Both the position numbers and the translations under genes were made by a program. From Octopus sinensis (lineage: Eukaryota): a DNA stretch of 64,000 bases. Positions 40,319 through 54,081 of this stretch are shown here, in pieces. Location: assembly GCF_006345805.1 (NCBI RefSeq), contig NC_043011.1, forward strand, positions 36,034,464 through 36,098,463. The letters are read 5' to 3'. Every line of letters begins with the position of its first letter. The first letter of the stretch is position 1. Under the pieces are notes generated by a model that was given only the letters and a program-made list of their open reading frames with translations, had not been told where the DNA came from and made no database searches.

Positions 40319-40964
40319 ATAAATGAATACATATATATATAAATATATATATATAACACTGAATACACATGTACATATGCACAGACACACACACAGTTAT
40401 TATATATATATATATATACATATAAACATTTATAAATGTGTGCACGTGTGTGTGTGTATGTGTTTGTATGTATGTATGTACTATGTATGTACCTACACAC
40501 ACAATACATATACATCTTAAATTGAGATAACTATATCAGTATTTTTCATTGTATTGCAAAATACATCATGGTAAACTGGTTTTATACTCGTATCGATATT
40601 CATATTTCTTAATGTGAGCTTAGATTACTTCAAAGCAGAAATTGTAAATATTGATTTATCATATCGATACAGTACTACAGATTTATTGGCAAAAAGAGTA
40701 AAGTGGATGCTGTGAAGTACATTCCTTTCCTAAGTAAAACAGCAAAAGTTTGAAGTACTTAACAACAGATGCAATATCAGCCCCAGTCTGTTTGTACAGA
40801 AACTGAAGAAATACACACACAGACTATATATATATGTGCGTGTATGTGTATATATATATGTATGTATGCATGCATGTATGTATGTATATATACATATTTA
40901 TATACATATATATATATATACATACACATATACATATATAACATCTATCTATCTATCTATATAT

Positions 40965-41979
40965 ATATAATTATAATAATAAGGGTTTTTTGCAACAAGT
41001 TGCTTAAACCGCATACCGAAAATATTAGAAATAGCAGCCAAAGGACTACTATTTCCTTTTACTACAAAAATAAATCTCCACAGACCTCCACAGACAACAA
41101 TATTTGTAACACACATATGGCAAAAAAAGAAGAAAAACAACGAAATCACACAGTCTTCGGATTAATTATGGACGTACGTTTCTGGTTTAGAATCGTAAGG
41201 TTCATTTCCTTATCAACATAATATTTCCCATAAATCTAGAAATGCTAGGAAAACTTACCTCTTATATTTTCGATCAAGCGACATCGAAAGATACAAAAGT
41301 CAACTAGCATATCCACATTTATATTCGGGGACCCCCTCCGGTCACGACACTGACCATGGAATTGCACCTAGAAAGTTACCCTCCTAGACACAAGTCTGGG
41401 CAAGGTGGTTTATGGAAGACCAGCAGTCGCCCATGCATACCGGCCTCCCCTCTCCACGCCACCAGTGTTATCCAAGGGAAAGGCAAGGGGGCCAATACAG
41501 CTTGGCACCCGTGACGTCGCAACTCATTTCTACAGCTGAGTTAACTGGAGCAACGTGAAGTAAAGTGTCTTGCTCAAGAACACATCACGCAGTCCGGTAC
41601 GGGATTCGAGCTGACAACCTCACGATCGTAAGCCCGACGCTCTAACCACTGAGCCACGCGCCACATTTATATAGACAAGTGAATTCGTATTTCCCTCCAG
41701 GATCCCACCACGTGAGTCACAAAATAGTACTGCTGAAAAAAGATTCGAAGTTTTGTCGTAGGCGAGTAAAAATAGTAAATACAGATATAGGGTGAAATAT
41801 AATTAATTTAATAAAATCAACAAATTTCACCTAGTAGTATTTCGGTATGGAAAAGGACGATATTCGGTAAAAATTTATATAATTATAATAATAAGTTTTT
41901 TTGGCAACAAGTTGCTTAAACCACATACCGAAAATATTAGAAATAGCAGCCAAAGGACTACTATTTCCTTTTACTACAA
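40965..41979. repeat. Pair of 103-bp direct repeats (40965-41067 and 41877-41979)
   Basis: GCAACAAGTTGCTTAAACC(G/A)CATACCGAAAATATTAGAAATAGCAGCCAAAGGACTACTATTTCCTTTTACTACAA occurs twice. Confidence 0.9.
41324..41662 (-). mobile_element. tRNA-derived SINE, family E, with 9-10-bp TSD
   Basis: Head GGCGCGTGGCTCAGTGGTTAGAGCG...TCGAATCCCG, central GTGTTCTTGAGCAAGACACTT; ACATTTATA at 41315-41323 and 41663-41671. Confidence 0.88.
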
Positions 41980-42299
41980 TTTTACCACATTTAAGAGCGA
42001 ATTTCGAAGGGTCTGAAAATAAAAACTTTTACCTTGTTATTTTCTTACGGTCATACCTTGGTTTCAAATCTTTTTAGCAAATAAAATAATTTGCTTGGCT
42101 AAATTCTCATCAGTGACCACGCCATAATATTAACATATAATTTAGAGATAAATAACACGTTTCTCATTGTTATACACTATAATTTTTCCAATTCACCATG
42201 CAAGCACAGTTTCCATTGGCATTAAATGAATAAATGCCGAACTAAACTTCTAAAATTTGCTAATCTAAAAAAAAAATCGCTACCCTATATATTTTAAAT

Positions 42300-42354
42300 A
42301 TATGTTTTTAGTATATATATACACATATATATGCATATTTATATAGGTAAATAT

Positions 42355-42451
<97 letters not shown>

Positions 42452-42494
42452 TAGATAGATATATATAGATAGATAGATAGATATATAGATAGAT

Positions 42495-42582
<88 letters not shown>
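42300..42582. repeat. (TA)n and (TAGA)n microsatellite
   Basis: Seen directly. Confidence 0.97.
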
Positions 42583-42583
<1 letters not shown>

Positions 42584-42959
42584 TTGTTTATTTGCCTGCT
42601 CTGCGTATGTTTTTCTATGCTTGCATTGGCTGGACGAATGTTTTATTTGACACTAACCTTTACCACTGTTTTATGTAGGAGTGATCTCTTACCTCATACA
42701 CCTTCACATACACAAAGTGACTGCTTGATTTCTTGACAAGAGAAACTGGTAACAATGGCAGCAATGCATAGAGGCAATTGCAGGTGTAAAAACACTCATA
42801 TGCACATTTATACATATACACATACATGCACATACATGCATACAAAAGTCTTCTTTCACTTTCTATTCACCGAACCCACTGCAATAGTTAGCATACACAT
42901 GCATGCATATACACACATCTAGACATATACAGACTACCATACATACATGAAAGTACATT

Positions 42960-43348
42960 CATATATATAGACAGACAGACAGATAGGCTGATAGATAGAC
43001 ACAGACCGGAAGAAATGGATACAGAAAAATAGATATATATACATATACATACATATACATACATACATGCATACATACATACATATATATGTGTGTGTAT
43101 ATATATACATATATATATATATACACACTCACACATACACACAGGCACACACATATGTCTTTGGTTCTAGCTGCTTCAAATCCAAAACAAAATACATACA
43201 TACATAAAAATACATGCATATATATAGACAGACAGATAGGCTGATAGATAGACACAGACCGGAAGAAATGGATACAGAAAAATAGATATATATACATATA
43301 CATACATATACATACATACATGCATACATATATACATATATATATATA

Positions 43349-43390
<42 letters not shown>

Positions 43391-43475
43391 TATATATACA
43401 CACTCACACATACACACAGGCACAGACATATGTCTTTGGTTATAGCTGCTTCAAATCCAAAACAAAATACATAAA
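42960..43475. repeat. Two-copy tandem duplication, period about 253 bp
   Basis: ATAGGCTGATAG at 42983 and 43236; the shared GCTGCTTCAAATCCAAAACAAAATAC ends each copy. Confidence 0.9.
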
Positions 43476-43949
43476 ACCAATTCTTGTAATGATTTCTTTT
43501 TAGCCTTTTGCGTAAAATATGAAATTATATAGAAAATGACATGGAAATCTTACAATAATAGCTATTCTGAAATCACAAAACTGAGATAGAATACGGAAGT
43601 AGGTAATAAATATTCAAAAGAAAAGTAAATAGAAAAATAAATAAATAAACACACCTTTATACATATATATCTATAAATATATATATATATACATACATAT
43701 ATATATGTATATATATATATGTATGTATGTATATATGTATGTATTTGTATATTTATATATTTAGGAAAACATAAATGCTTAAACAGTGTTTTGGTGATGG
43801 AACTTTTCGTGTTGTCACTTGACCTTTTCAATGTAGCAACATCTTACTCAGCAGATTCTTAATATATCATTAAAATGTGAAACACGTTTCGATACGATGT
43901 GAATCCTCGTTTCAGTGTCAGTCACCCTATTTCCTCCTCCATTCAGATA

Positions 43950-44504
<555 letters not shown>

Positions 44505-44749
44505 GCATATTTATATATGAGTGTATTTTTACCTTGTTAACAATTAACACATTAAAAATAAATAAATAGTTACCAGGGCAGCAAATATCTCACAAGTAAA
44601 GGTGTTGTAACTCCTTATTTATAAAGGTAGAAACTTCGTGTTTACGTTGAATATTTTGAATAATATGAATAAAAAAATGGAGTTAACGCAGGTGTAATCA
44701 AATATTTTTACTTTCGACACATGTTTCGAAAATTTCATATATATATATA

Positions 44750-45553
44750 CTAGCAGCTAACCCCGGTTTCACTCGGTCTGTTTGGATGATGTGTCTGTGA
44801 TCGTTTTCTCAACTTTATCATTTTGGGTCCCCTGTTTTGATTGGAGCCTCCAGCTGTATGAAAATTTCCTGATCCCCCCACTTGTCAGAAAACAACTTTA
44901 GGAGTTGTGAAGAACGAATTTGTACGTAGTATGTTTCTGGGAGCTATTTCTATTGGATCGCTGTCTAATCATTAAAACATTGGTTTAATTATGAACATAG
45001 AAAGAAATTATTTTTGTAAGCAGTTGTATCCGTAAAAATTTTATTTGCAGAGAGCAGAGATTGAAACAAGATATATGAAATGGACGTGTGTGTGTGTGTG
45101 TGTGTGTGTGCGTGTGCATGATTGCACGTGTGTGTGTGAGAAAGAAAGAGGGTGAGAAAGAGAGATAGAGTGAGTGAGTGAAGGTGTGTGTCGTAATGAT
45201 TGTCGTATTTGTACATAGTCTGTTTCTGAGTGCTATTCTATGGGACCTCTGTCTAATCATTAAAACATTGATTTAATTATGAACATAGAAAGAAATTATA
45301 CATTAATCCCTATTTTTGTAAGCAGTTGTATCCTTAAAAAGTTTTATTTGCAGAGAGCAGAAATTGAAAGAAGATATATGAAATGAACATGTGTGTGTGC
45401 GCTTGCGTGTGTGTATGTGAATGAGAAAAAGGGTGAGAAAGAGAGATAGAGTGAGTGAGTGAAGGTGTGTGTCGTGATGATTGACGTCTTTTAAGGTACA
45501 CACTCATACATAGAAAATGTGAGGTCATCGTATAAAATTTTTATGATAGTTGA
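44750..45553 (-). mobile_element. Non-autonomous Helitron with an internal tandem duplication of about 290 bp
   Basis: Minus strand ends CCGAGTGAAACCGGGG...CTAG|T at 44750; plausible A|TC start at 45553; repeats at 44961-45210 and 45249-45490. Confidence 0.6.
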
Positions 45554-46079
45554 TTTATGGAAAAGATTGTGTTAAATTTTTGAAATGCAAATATGGGAAT
45601 GAAAATTAAGTTCAGACATCTACATGATAGCTAGAATTGGTAGAAATAGCAGGCAAATCTCCCTCAAAATACCCTACTGTCTTAATCCCACAATTCTGCC
45701 TATTATGTAGTTTTAATGAGAAACTGTAACTAAAGATTAAGATTATTAACCTCACAAAGAGGTGAAAGAATAGAGACAGCATAGCGAAAGTTTTGGCTCA
45801 CTGTCATCCTGTACTCCCCTTGTTGCTAGCGAAATGGTATATGCCAGTTTTGTGAGCAACTGGTTGTTATAATGGCAGAACAAACAGGGGAAATCCATTA
45901 GAAAAAGTTTTAATCAATTTTCTCAGTAACTGTGGGGGCTAGGAAAAAAATGCAAACTGCATTCCTATCTATGCACCCGTCTCCATATGTGTGCAACTTT
46001 TTATGTGAATCCACCCAGCCGTTTTGCTGTGAACCTCAAGACAAGAAAGAATACAACACCCGCCCATGTCCAATTTATA

Positions 46080-46142
<63 letters not shown>

Positions 46143-46263
46143 CAATAAACATTAAGGCAAGGCAAACATCTCAAGTCGTATACATTATTATTATCTTCGA
46201 ACGTTAAACGATGATGATGATGATATATATATATGTATGATATATGTAGTATGTAATATATAT

Positions 46264-46360
<97 letters not shown>

Positions 46361-46966
46361 TATATATGTATGTATGTATATATATATATATTTATTTATA
46401 CATATATATATATATATGTAGAGAGAGAGAGAGAGAGAGAGAGACAAATAGATAGATATGTATCACTTTTCTAAAGTGTAACATGTTACACTTCTAGTTA
46501 TCCAAATTCCAGTGAATTTTCTTTCTTTCTTACAACCAGCTCCTTCCTCATAGCAACAATTCAAAGAATTAATAATGAATAATTAATAATAATAACACAC
46601 AGAAGACATGATAAGTGGTATTTCTGGTGAATTACAGCTACCTCAGACGTAAGCGTAATAATATTTTATTAAGTGTTACTATGGGAAGTTAAATGAATAA
46701 CATGAGCTGAAGTAACAACCTGCCATATGTGAATAATACCAAGAGCTAGGACATCAATACGTTAGGGAATGTGTTGTAACGAGGTAGTGATTAAAACTGG
46801 AGAAGCTGCAAGCGTATCAGCAGTATTTGCCAAGATACTAAAAATAGGGGCTCTTGTGTTAAAAGATTTAACGCAAACGCATCAAAAAAGTTAACTAGGA
46901 AACTTCTGCATTGAGGGGAAAACAAAAAACTATGTTAGTGACCGAGAAATATCCTCTTGGTTCAAG

Positions 46967-47204
46967 GGCGGCGAGCTGGCAGAAACATTAGCACACTGGG
47001 CGAAATGCTTAGCGGTATTTCGTCTGCCGTTACGTTCTGAGTTCAAATTCCGCCGAGGTCGACTTTGCCTTTCATCCTTTTGGAGTATATTAAATAAGCA
47101 CCAGTTATGCACTGGGGTCGATATAATCGACTTAATCCGTTTGTCTGTACTTGTTTGTCCTCTCTGTGTTTAGCCCCTTGTTGGTAGTAAAGAAATAGGT
47201 ATTT
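46967..47204 (+). mobile_element. Family-B SINE
   Basis: Full head and tail. Confidence 0.9.
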
Positions 47205-47374
47205 GTCCTGTCTTTATGTTCTGAGTGTTTAACTCCGTCTCCATATACTTCATAGATGCTTATAATTGGTCGGAGGTTCTAAATTCTTTTTATTTCGGTG
47301 TCTCTGTCTAGGGTGATTTTGCATGTGTTTAATAGCTTTGGTGTATATGTCATCATCATTATCATCATCATCAA

Positions 47375-47586
47375 GGCTATGAGTTGGCAGAATCGTTAGC
47401 ATGCTGGGCAAAATGCTTAGCGGCATTTCGTCTGTCTATGTTTTGAGTTCAAATTCCACCGAGGTCGACTTTGCCTTTCATCCTTTCGGGGTCGATAAAT
47501 CAAGTACCAGTTGCGTACTGGGGATCGATTTAATTGACTAGCCACCTCCCAAAAGATTTCGGGCCTTCTGCGCAGCGTAGAAAAGA
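47375..47586 (+). mobile_element. Family-B SINE variant, CpG-decayed
   Basis: Head GGCTATGAGTTGGCAGAATCG with the family-B core. Confidence 0.85.
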
Positions 47587-47884
47587 ATACTAACTTAACC
47601 ATTGTGTATTACATTCTTATAGCATCTTAGAATATTTTATTTCTGCATATTTCTATGTAAGTGCTATACACATTACCATCTTAGTTAATGAGTTTATATA
47701 CAGAAATTAATTATTTATATTCAATTGCATAGCAGTATAACCATTAATTGCTTCAAGATTAAGATGCACTAGAATGGCACATACACAGAAGACTTCAAAA
47801 TGGTAAAAAAATATTTTGAATGTACTTAGGAAATTTTCCATGAAATTAAAGTTATCTAAGGAAAGAAGTATATTGGGAATTTTA

Positions 47885-47941
47885 TCAGGCCAGGGAACAA
47901 CAGATACCATATTTTTCATGAGATAACTGCAAGAGAAATTC
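47885..47941 (+). mobile_element. RTE-type reverse transcriptase micro-fragment
   Basis: SGQGTTDTIFFMR*LQEKF resembles the RT motif GRGTTDAIFxxRQLQEK. Confidence 0.55.
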
Positions 47942-48231
47942 TAAATTCTGAACAAACAACTGTATTTGTCTCTTCGAATCGATTATACACATCTCTCAAA
48001 GAATGTAGCTTCTGAAAATGTGGATTCACAGAATTGTTAGAGCATCAAAAGAAATGCCGTGCAGTATTTCTTCTAGTAATTAACATTCTCTTTTCAAATC
48101 CTTCCAAGGTCAACTACGAATTTCATCTTTTAGAGGTTTATAAAATAAAATGAAAGATTGATCAAATAGTGGAATCAATGCCACAGACGAACTCTCTCCC
48201 ATCATAAGTGATGACCTTGTGCTTCTTGGCC

Positions 48232-48373
48232 AAGTATCTTCTTCCAAGCCACATGGTTCTGGGTTCAGTCCCACTGCATGGCAACTTGGGCAAGTGTCTT
48301 CTACTATAGCCTCAAGCTGACCAAAGCCTTGTGAGTAGATTTGGTAGGCAGAAACTGAAAGAAGCCCGTCGTA
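48232..48373 (+). mobile_element. Family-A SINE head
   Basis: CACATGGTTCTGGGTTCAGTCCC...GAAAGAAGCCCGTCG. Confidence 0.85.
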
Positions 48374-48376
48374 TAA

Positions 48377-48846
48377 TCATCATCATCATCATCATCATCG
48401 TTTAACGTCCGTTTTCCATGCTAGCATGGATTGGACGGTTTGACTGAGGTCTGGGAAGCCAGGAGGTCTGGGAAGCCAGGAGGTCTGGGAAGCCAGGAGG
48501 TCTGGGAAGCCAGGAGGTCTGGGAAGCCAGGAGGTCTGGGAAGCTAGGAGGCTCCAGTCTGATCTGGCAGTGTTACTACAGCTGAATGCCCTTTCTAACT
48601 CCGTGAGTGTAGTGGGTGCTTTTTACATGCCACTGGCACAGGAGCCAGAGGAGGCTGGCAACAGCCACGATCAGTTGATGCTTTTTATGTTCCACTGGCT
48701 CGGAAGCCAGTCAAGGCAGCACTGGTATTGGCCACCTTCGGATGGTGCTTGTTATGTGCTACCGGCATGGGTATCACAACTACAATTTCGATTTGATTTT
48801 CATTTTGATGTTGATGTACTTGACTCAATAGGTCTCCTCAAGCATA
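48377..48846 (-). mobile_element. Family-C SINE with an internal 6 x 17-bp tandem repeat
   Basis: (CAT)n then CGTTTAACGTCCGTTTTCCATGCTAGC tail; GAGGTCTGGGAAGCCAG six times at 48446-48547. Confidence 0.85.
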
Positions 48847-48847
48847 G

Positions 48848-49139
48848 CAGGTCATATCTCACAACTTTTCTTTCTTCCTTATCACATACCTTGTTGCCAG
48901 CTGGGCATGCTATATCTATGATCCAGCATAGTTTGCTTTCTTTCTCAATTAACACTATATCTGGTTTTCTATTTTCTATCTCATGGTCACACTGAATCAT
49001 AAAATCCCACAGGATCTTTGCTTTATCATTTTCAATGATGTCTTCAGGTTTGTGGTCATACCAATTTTTTGCTCTGTCAAGTTCATACTTGTTGCAAAGT
49101 CTCCAATGGACAAGCCATGCTATATTGTCGTGGCATCTC

Positions 49140-49140
<1 letters not shown>
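48848..49140 (-). mobile_element. R4/Dong-like RLE-domain fragment abutting (TAA)n
   Basis: HDNIAWLVHWRLCNKYELDRAKNWYDHKPEDIIENDKAKILWDFMIQCDHEIENRKPDIVLIEKESKLCWIIDIACP. Confidence 0.88.
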
Positions 49141-49172
<32 letters not shown>

Positions 49173-49429
49173 TATTATTATTATTATTATTATTATTATC
49201 ATCATCATCATCATCATCATAATTTACAGTTTTCTTCTTCATTTTACTATTGCCTGCCTCAAATTTACTCCAGATAGGACACTCCTCACATAGACTGTAT
49301 CTACCCAGTCACAACATAGCATTCAAGTTTGACTGAGGATTATTTCACAAGTATAATTCCCTGGGGAATACTCATCTGCAACTGATGTTAGATCTAAATA
49401 CTACTGTGTTCTTATTACACAGTGTAACA

Positions 49430-49920
49430 AAATTTTAATTTTTTTGTCTTTGGTCAATAAGTGTTATTTCGAATTTTTGCTTCTTTTTAGAAATCAAAGG
49501 AAGTGACTAATATTCCCTTCAAAATTCAAAATTTGCATTTGTGACCTGGATAACAATGTTTTAAAACCGACCTGTTTTCCATTACATTTCACACAGATTC
49601 AGTGCTGAGTTGCTGAAGCAGAAATATTATAGCAAATATTCTGCTCAATACCACAAATTTGCTTGTCACTTGTTTGACCTTAACTGCTTGGGCAAGTCCC
49701 TTAGTGGCTGACAATATGTGCATCTCTGATCATGAGTATGAGTAGTGGGGGAACATTATAGCCATGTGTTGAGAGGGATTCTTTGGGGGTTTGAATAAAT
49801 ATAACTAAAGCAAAGTTTGAAGGAAATATAAGCCATTTTTCATACTTTCTTATGATAAATAAATAGGAAATAACATTTGCTACCCAAGGGCAAAGATTAT
49901 GTTACATAGTATTATCACTC
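49430..49920 (-). repeat. Composite block containing family F, homologous to 52650-53130
   Basis: Shared AATCAAAGGAAGTGACTA, TATAGCAAATATTCTGCTC and GTTTGAATAAATATAAC. Confidence 0.8.
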
Positions 49921-51112
49921 ATCTAACATGTTGCCAACATTTAACAATACTACTTGATCTATGGCTGATTAAGCAGAGATCACCTGCTGCAAGTTTATGG
50001 ATCCACATTTTCACCCCACCCATTCTTTTCCCACAAACACTGACCGGCAAATACTCAGGCTAAATATTGCCCCTGCAAAGATCAAGTTCGCTCTGGCTAC
50101 TCACTTGAATAGCTTTGTTTATTAATTTTTAATTGAAGAATTAGATCTTTGGATTGCAAGTAGTCAAACCACTAATGTTTATACAATATTTTCTTTATTG
50201 GCTGAATATGAAAATTACATTACAGGTGAGAGGCAAGTCATAAGTTATTACTGTCAGCTAATACTAATTAAATGTTAGGACCTACAACAGTATTATTACC
50301 ATCAATAAATACAGCTATCTCGTTAAAGTTATCGCAATACATAGAACTACAGCTCTTAAAGTAACACAACAGAAGCAGTTTTGATTGGAAGGTATTTTCA
50401 CTTAATATATTTTACCACTTACATATGTATTTATTCATAACAATTTTGATCGATGTATTTATTTATGATCGTTTTGACAGAGCTGGCGAGTAGGAGACAG
50501 CAGTTCTTAATAAATAAATAATGTTTCACTAGGTGAAAATGTTGACAGTTTAATATCCATTCGAAAAGGGTTTCTGACTTTTTATGTGTCAAAGATTATC
50601 TACGAAAAACGCAAGTAACTTCCAATCACCTCGTTTGTCTAACTATAAACAGGTGCCATGGACAGAACAAGTGAAAGAAATTGCTCCTTTTCTTCATATG
50701 TCTTCAACACTATCATGTATTAGGTGCATCTACCTGGTAGTTCACATTGCAGGAAATAACAGCTAAATCTCAAATCGAGCTTTATTGCCTAAAGTAAGGC
50801 AAAGACACACGGGATAATGTAGACTACATACCCACAAAATATGGATCAAAATAAGACTTTGTTGATCATAGATCAGCTGCAAGTCAAGGCTTATCTTGGA
50901 TTAAATAACAACTGTAAATTTAGCTCTATAGGTAAGGAAAAGTACCACAGGCAAATGAGAGAGCATTTCTACATATGGTAGTGTTTCATATACATGATAT
51001 AGTGAGATGAAAAAAGAACTGAAATTATCCATGCAATTAGTAAGAAAAATCTCCAGCTGGAGGTGTTTAAAACTTTAAAGTCACAAGCAAGAGAGAAAGC
51101 TCCAAATAATAA

Positions 51113-51323
51113 TGGTTTCAAATTTTAGTGCAAAGCCAGCAATCTCAGAGGAGGGGGTAAGTTCATTACATCGACTCCAGTTCGCAGCTGGTACTTTTTT
51201 TATCGACACCGAAAGGATGAAAGGCAAAGCCAACCTCAGTGAAGTTTGAACTCAGAACATAAAATTGGAAGAAATGCCACTAAGCATTTTCCCAGTGTGC
51301 TAACGATTCTGTCAGCTCACCAT
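51113..51323 (-). mobile_element. Family-B SINE, CpG-decayed
   Basis: GAAAGGATGAAAGGCAAAGCCAACCTCAG... Confidence 0.8.
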
Positions 51324-51470
51324 CTTAAAGAAATGTTTGCAAAATAAAGACAATGCAGATGCAGAGAGATTTTGGTTCTAAAACCAACTGGTGAAAACAA
51401 AAGACAATTTTCAGTCTTGTTAGACCTTCTTAGAAAAACATATTCTGCTCAGTGATATGAATGATACAAT

Positions 51471-51851
51471 GCAGGTGCAATGGCCCAGTGGTTAGGGCAG
51501 TGGACTTGCAATTGAGGGATCGCAGTTTCGATCCCCAGACCAGGCGTTCTGAGTGTTTATCGAGCGAAAACACCTAATGTTCCATGAGCTCCAGCAAGGA
51601 GTGGTGGTGAACTATGCTGTACTCTTTCCCCACAACTTTCTCTCACTCATCCTTCCTGTTTCTGTTGTACCTGTATTTGAAAGGACCGGCCTTGTCACAC
51701 TCTGTGTCATCACGCTGAATCTCCCCTAGAACTATATTAAGGGTACGCGCATCTGTGGAATGCCCAGCCACTTGCACGTTAATTTCACGAGCAGGCTATT
51801 CCGTTGATTGGATTAACTGGAGCCCTTGTCATCATAACTGATGGAGTGCCA
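51471..51851 (+). mobile_element. tRNA-derived SINE, family D
   Basis: TGGCCCAGTGGTTAGGGC and GTTTCGATCCC A/B boxes; second copy at 54411-54736. Confidence 0.85.
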
Positions 51852-52649
51852 CAATGAATAATACAATACAAAAGGAAATCTCTCATGTTTATGTGAATCT
51901 GTGTAGACAATGGGAATGATATGAACAAGGGTTATTTTGTAATACTTTGCATTTTCTGTATAGCTGTATGACTAAGAAGTTCACAATTAAATAATTTTAG
52001 ATTCAATTCCACTGCATCATACCTTGGGCAAGTGTCTTCTATATAGCCTCAGGCAAACCAATACCATGTGAATGAATTTAGTAGATGGAAACTGCAAGGA
52101 ATCCTATCATGCATGAGTGTATGTATGCAGATGTATGTGTGCATTTATGCATGTGTATGTTTCTTTGTGCTTGGTCTCACATAATTTGACAACTGTCGTT
52201 GGTTTGTTTACATTCTTGTAAACTTGGCAAAGGAGATCGATAGAAGCATCACACTTAAAAGAACATAGAGCCATCTTTATTGGTTTGGCGCTAACATGTA
52301 ATCTATGCATATAATCTATACACATCATGTCTAAGAGAGAAAAATATAGACCATGTTCATAGCTTCCCTCTCATCTTAATGAATATAAAGTTAACTTGAA
52401 CTCTCACCCCAATACAATGAATAAGTTGCCAAGCTAATTAGCTTTTGGCAAATTTGTTCTTGTATCATCGTTTGCTTTGCTCGTCATTTCCATACATTGA
52501 TATGGTAATTAAAAACCTCAACTGTGATGAGAGGAGTAAACACTAACATACAGCAGAATGTCTACTAGCATTGAGGAGAGAGATAAAAATGGGAATAATT
52601 ATATAAATATACTCAAGATAGACAAGGGATGCAACTTTAAATCCCAAAT

Positions 52650-53130
52650 ACCACTAAGAAAATTTTTGGTTATTTTCTGTCTTTTGCCAGTAAGTGTTAT
52701 TTTCTATGTAAAAATCAAAGGAAGTGACTATTATCCCCTTCACCCTTTGCTTTTGTGACCTGGACATCAATGCTTTGAAGCTGACCAATTTTACAGTACA
52801 TTTCAGACAGATTCAGCGTTGTGCTGCTAAAACAGAGGTATCATTATAGCAAATATTCTGCTCTATACCACAGATTTGCTTGTCACCTGCTTGTTTGTAA
52901 TCGCTTGAACATGTCCCTTGGTGGCTGACAATATCTGCTTCTCTGATAATCAATATGAGTAGAGGGGGAGCATCATAGCCATGTGTTGAGAGGAATTAAT
53001 TGAGGTTTGAATAAATATAACAAAAGCAAAGCTTGTTGAAAACATTAACCATTTTTCATTTTTCCTAAGGGCAAGCAGATAGTAAATAACATTTACGACC
53101 TAAGGTTAAAAATCGGGTTACACAGTATAA
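52650..53130 (-). repeat. Composite block homologous to 49430-49920
   Basis: Same shared motifs as the 49430-49920 block. Confidence 0.8.
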
Positions 53131-53504
53131 TCAAAATACTTGATTACTCAGAAATCCCAATTAATTAAATATGAAATTAAGCATATAATGAGAGGGAACA
53201 ACTCATCTAATATTTAACAAATACAAAGACAACTATGGTTATATTATGGTCTTGTTAGACTTTCTCAGTGTAGTAAACATTGTTTTAGTTAGTCTGAACA
53301 AAGTTAACTTTTAAACTTATTTGCACAGCTTTAGTAGACATCATCTATGCTGTCATGTTACCTATTACTATTCTGCATATAAGTATTATATAATTTATCT
53401 TATCAACTGCAGTCAATACACATATGTAAATATAAATTTGCATACTTCTATGTCTGTGTATAACAAAATTCTGGTTGTGTGGTGTACATGTAACACAAAC
53501 ACAT

Positions 53505-54010
53505 CATCATCATTATCATCGTTTAATGTCCGCTCTCCATGCTGACATGGGTTGGATGGTTTGACTGAGGACTGGAAAGCCAGCAGCTGCACCAGGCCCC
53601 AATCTGATCTGGCAAGGTTTTTACAGCTGGTCGCCCTTCCTAATGCCAACCACTCCAATAGTATAGTGGGTGCTTTTTTACATGTCACTGGCACAGGGGC
53701 TAGTCAGGTGTCCCTGGCATTGATCACATTCAGATAGTGCTTTTTATGTGCCACCGGCACAGGAACCAGTCAGAGGGCACTGGCATTGACCACGTTCGGA
53801 TGGTGCTTTTTACGTGGCTACCGGCATGGGAGCCAGTCAGGTGGTCTTAGCATCGATCACATTCAGATGGTGCTTTTTACATGTCACCAGCAGAGAAGCC
53901 AGTCAGGGGCACTGGCATCGACTGCGTTCAGATGGTGCATTTTACGTGCCACTGGCACAGAAGCCAGTCAGGGGCCGCTGACCACAGCTATGATTTTGGT
54001 TTTACTTGAC
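53505..54010 (-). mobile_element. Family-C SINE with five internal units of about 66 bp
   Basis: TGCTTTTTA...GGCAC units at 53671, 53738, 53804, 53871 and 53936. Confidence 0.85.
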
Positions 54011-54081
54011 TCTCAAGCATATCATATCGCTTGATATACTTATATATTTATATATATATGTATATGTATATGTGTGTGCTG

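Noticed and set aside
41015-41065. GAAAATATTA plus GAAATAG/CTATTTC hairpin as a type III hammerhead
   Set aside because: The hairpin is followed by CTTTTAC, not CUGANGA.
43880-43920. CGAAACGTG and CTGAAACGA motifs on the minus strand
   Set aside because: Core spacing and stems do not fit a hammerhead.
46600-46890. Minus-strand exon after a strong polypyrimidine acceptor
   Set aside because: All frames reach stops before a convincing donor.
50109-50201. AG...GTGAGT-bounded minus-strand segment
   Set aside because: Stops in all three frames.
51471-51545. tRNA gene (also heads at 1061, 4194 and 41662)
   Set aside because: A/B boxes are present but there is no closed cloverleaf or terminator, and each continues into a multicopy SINE body.
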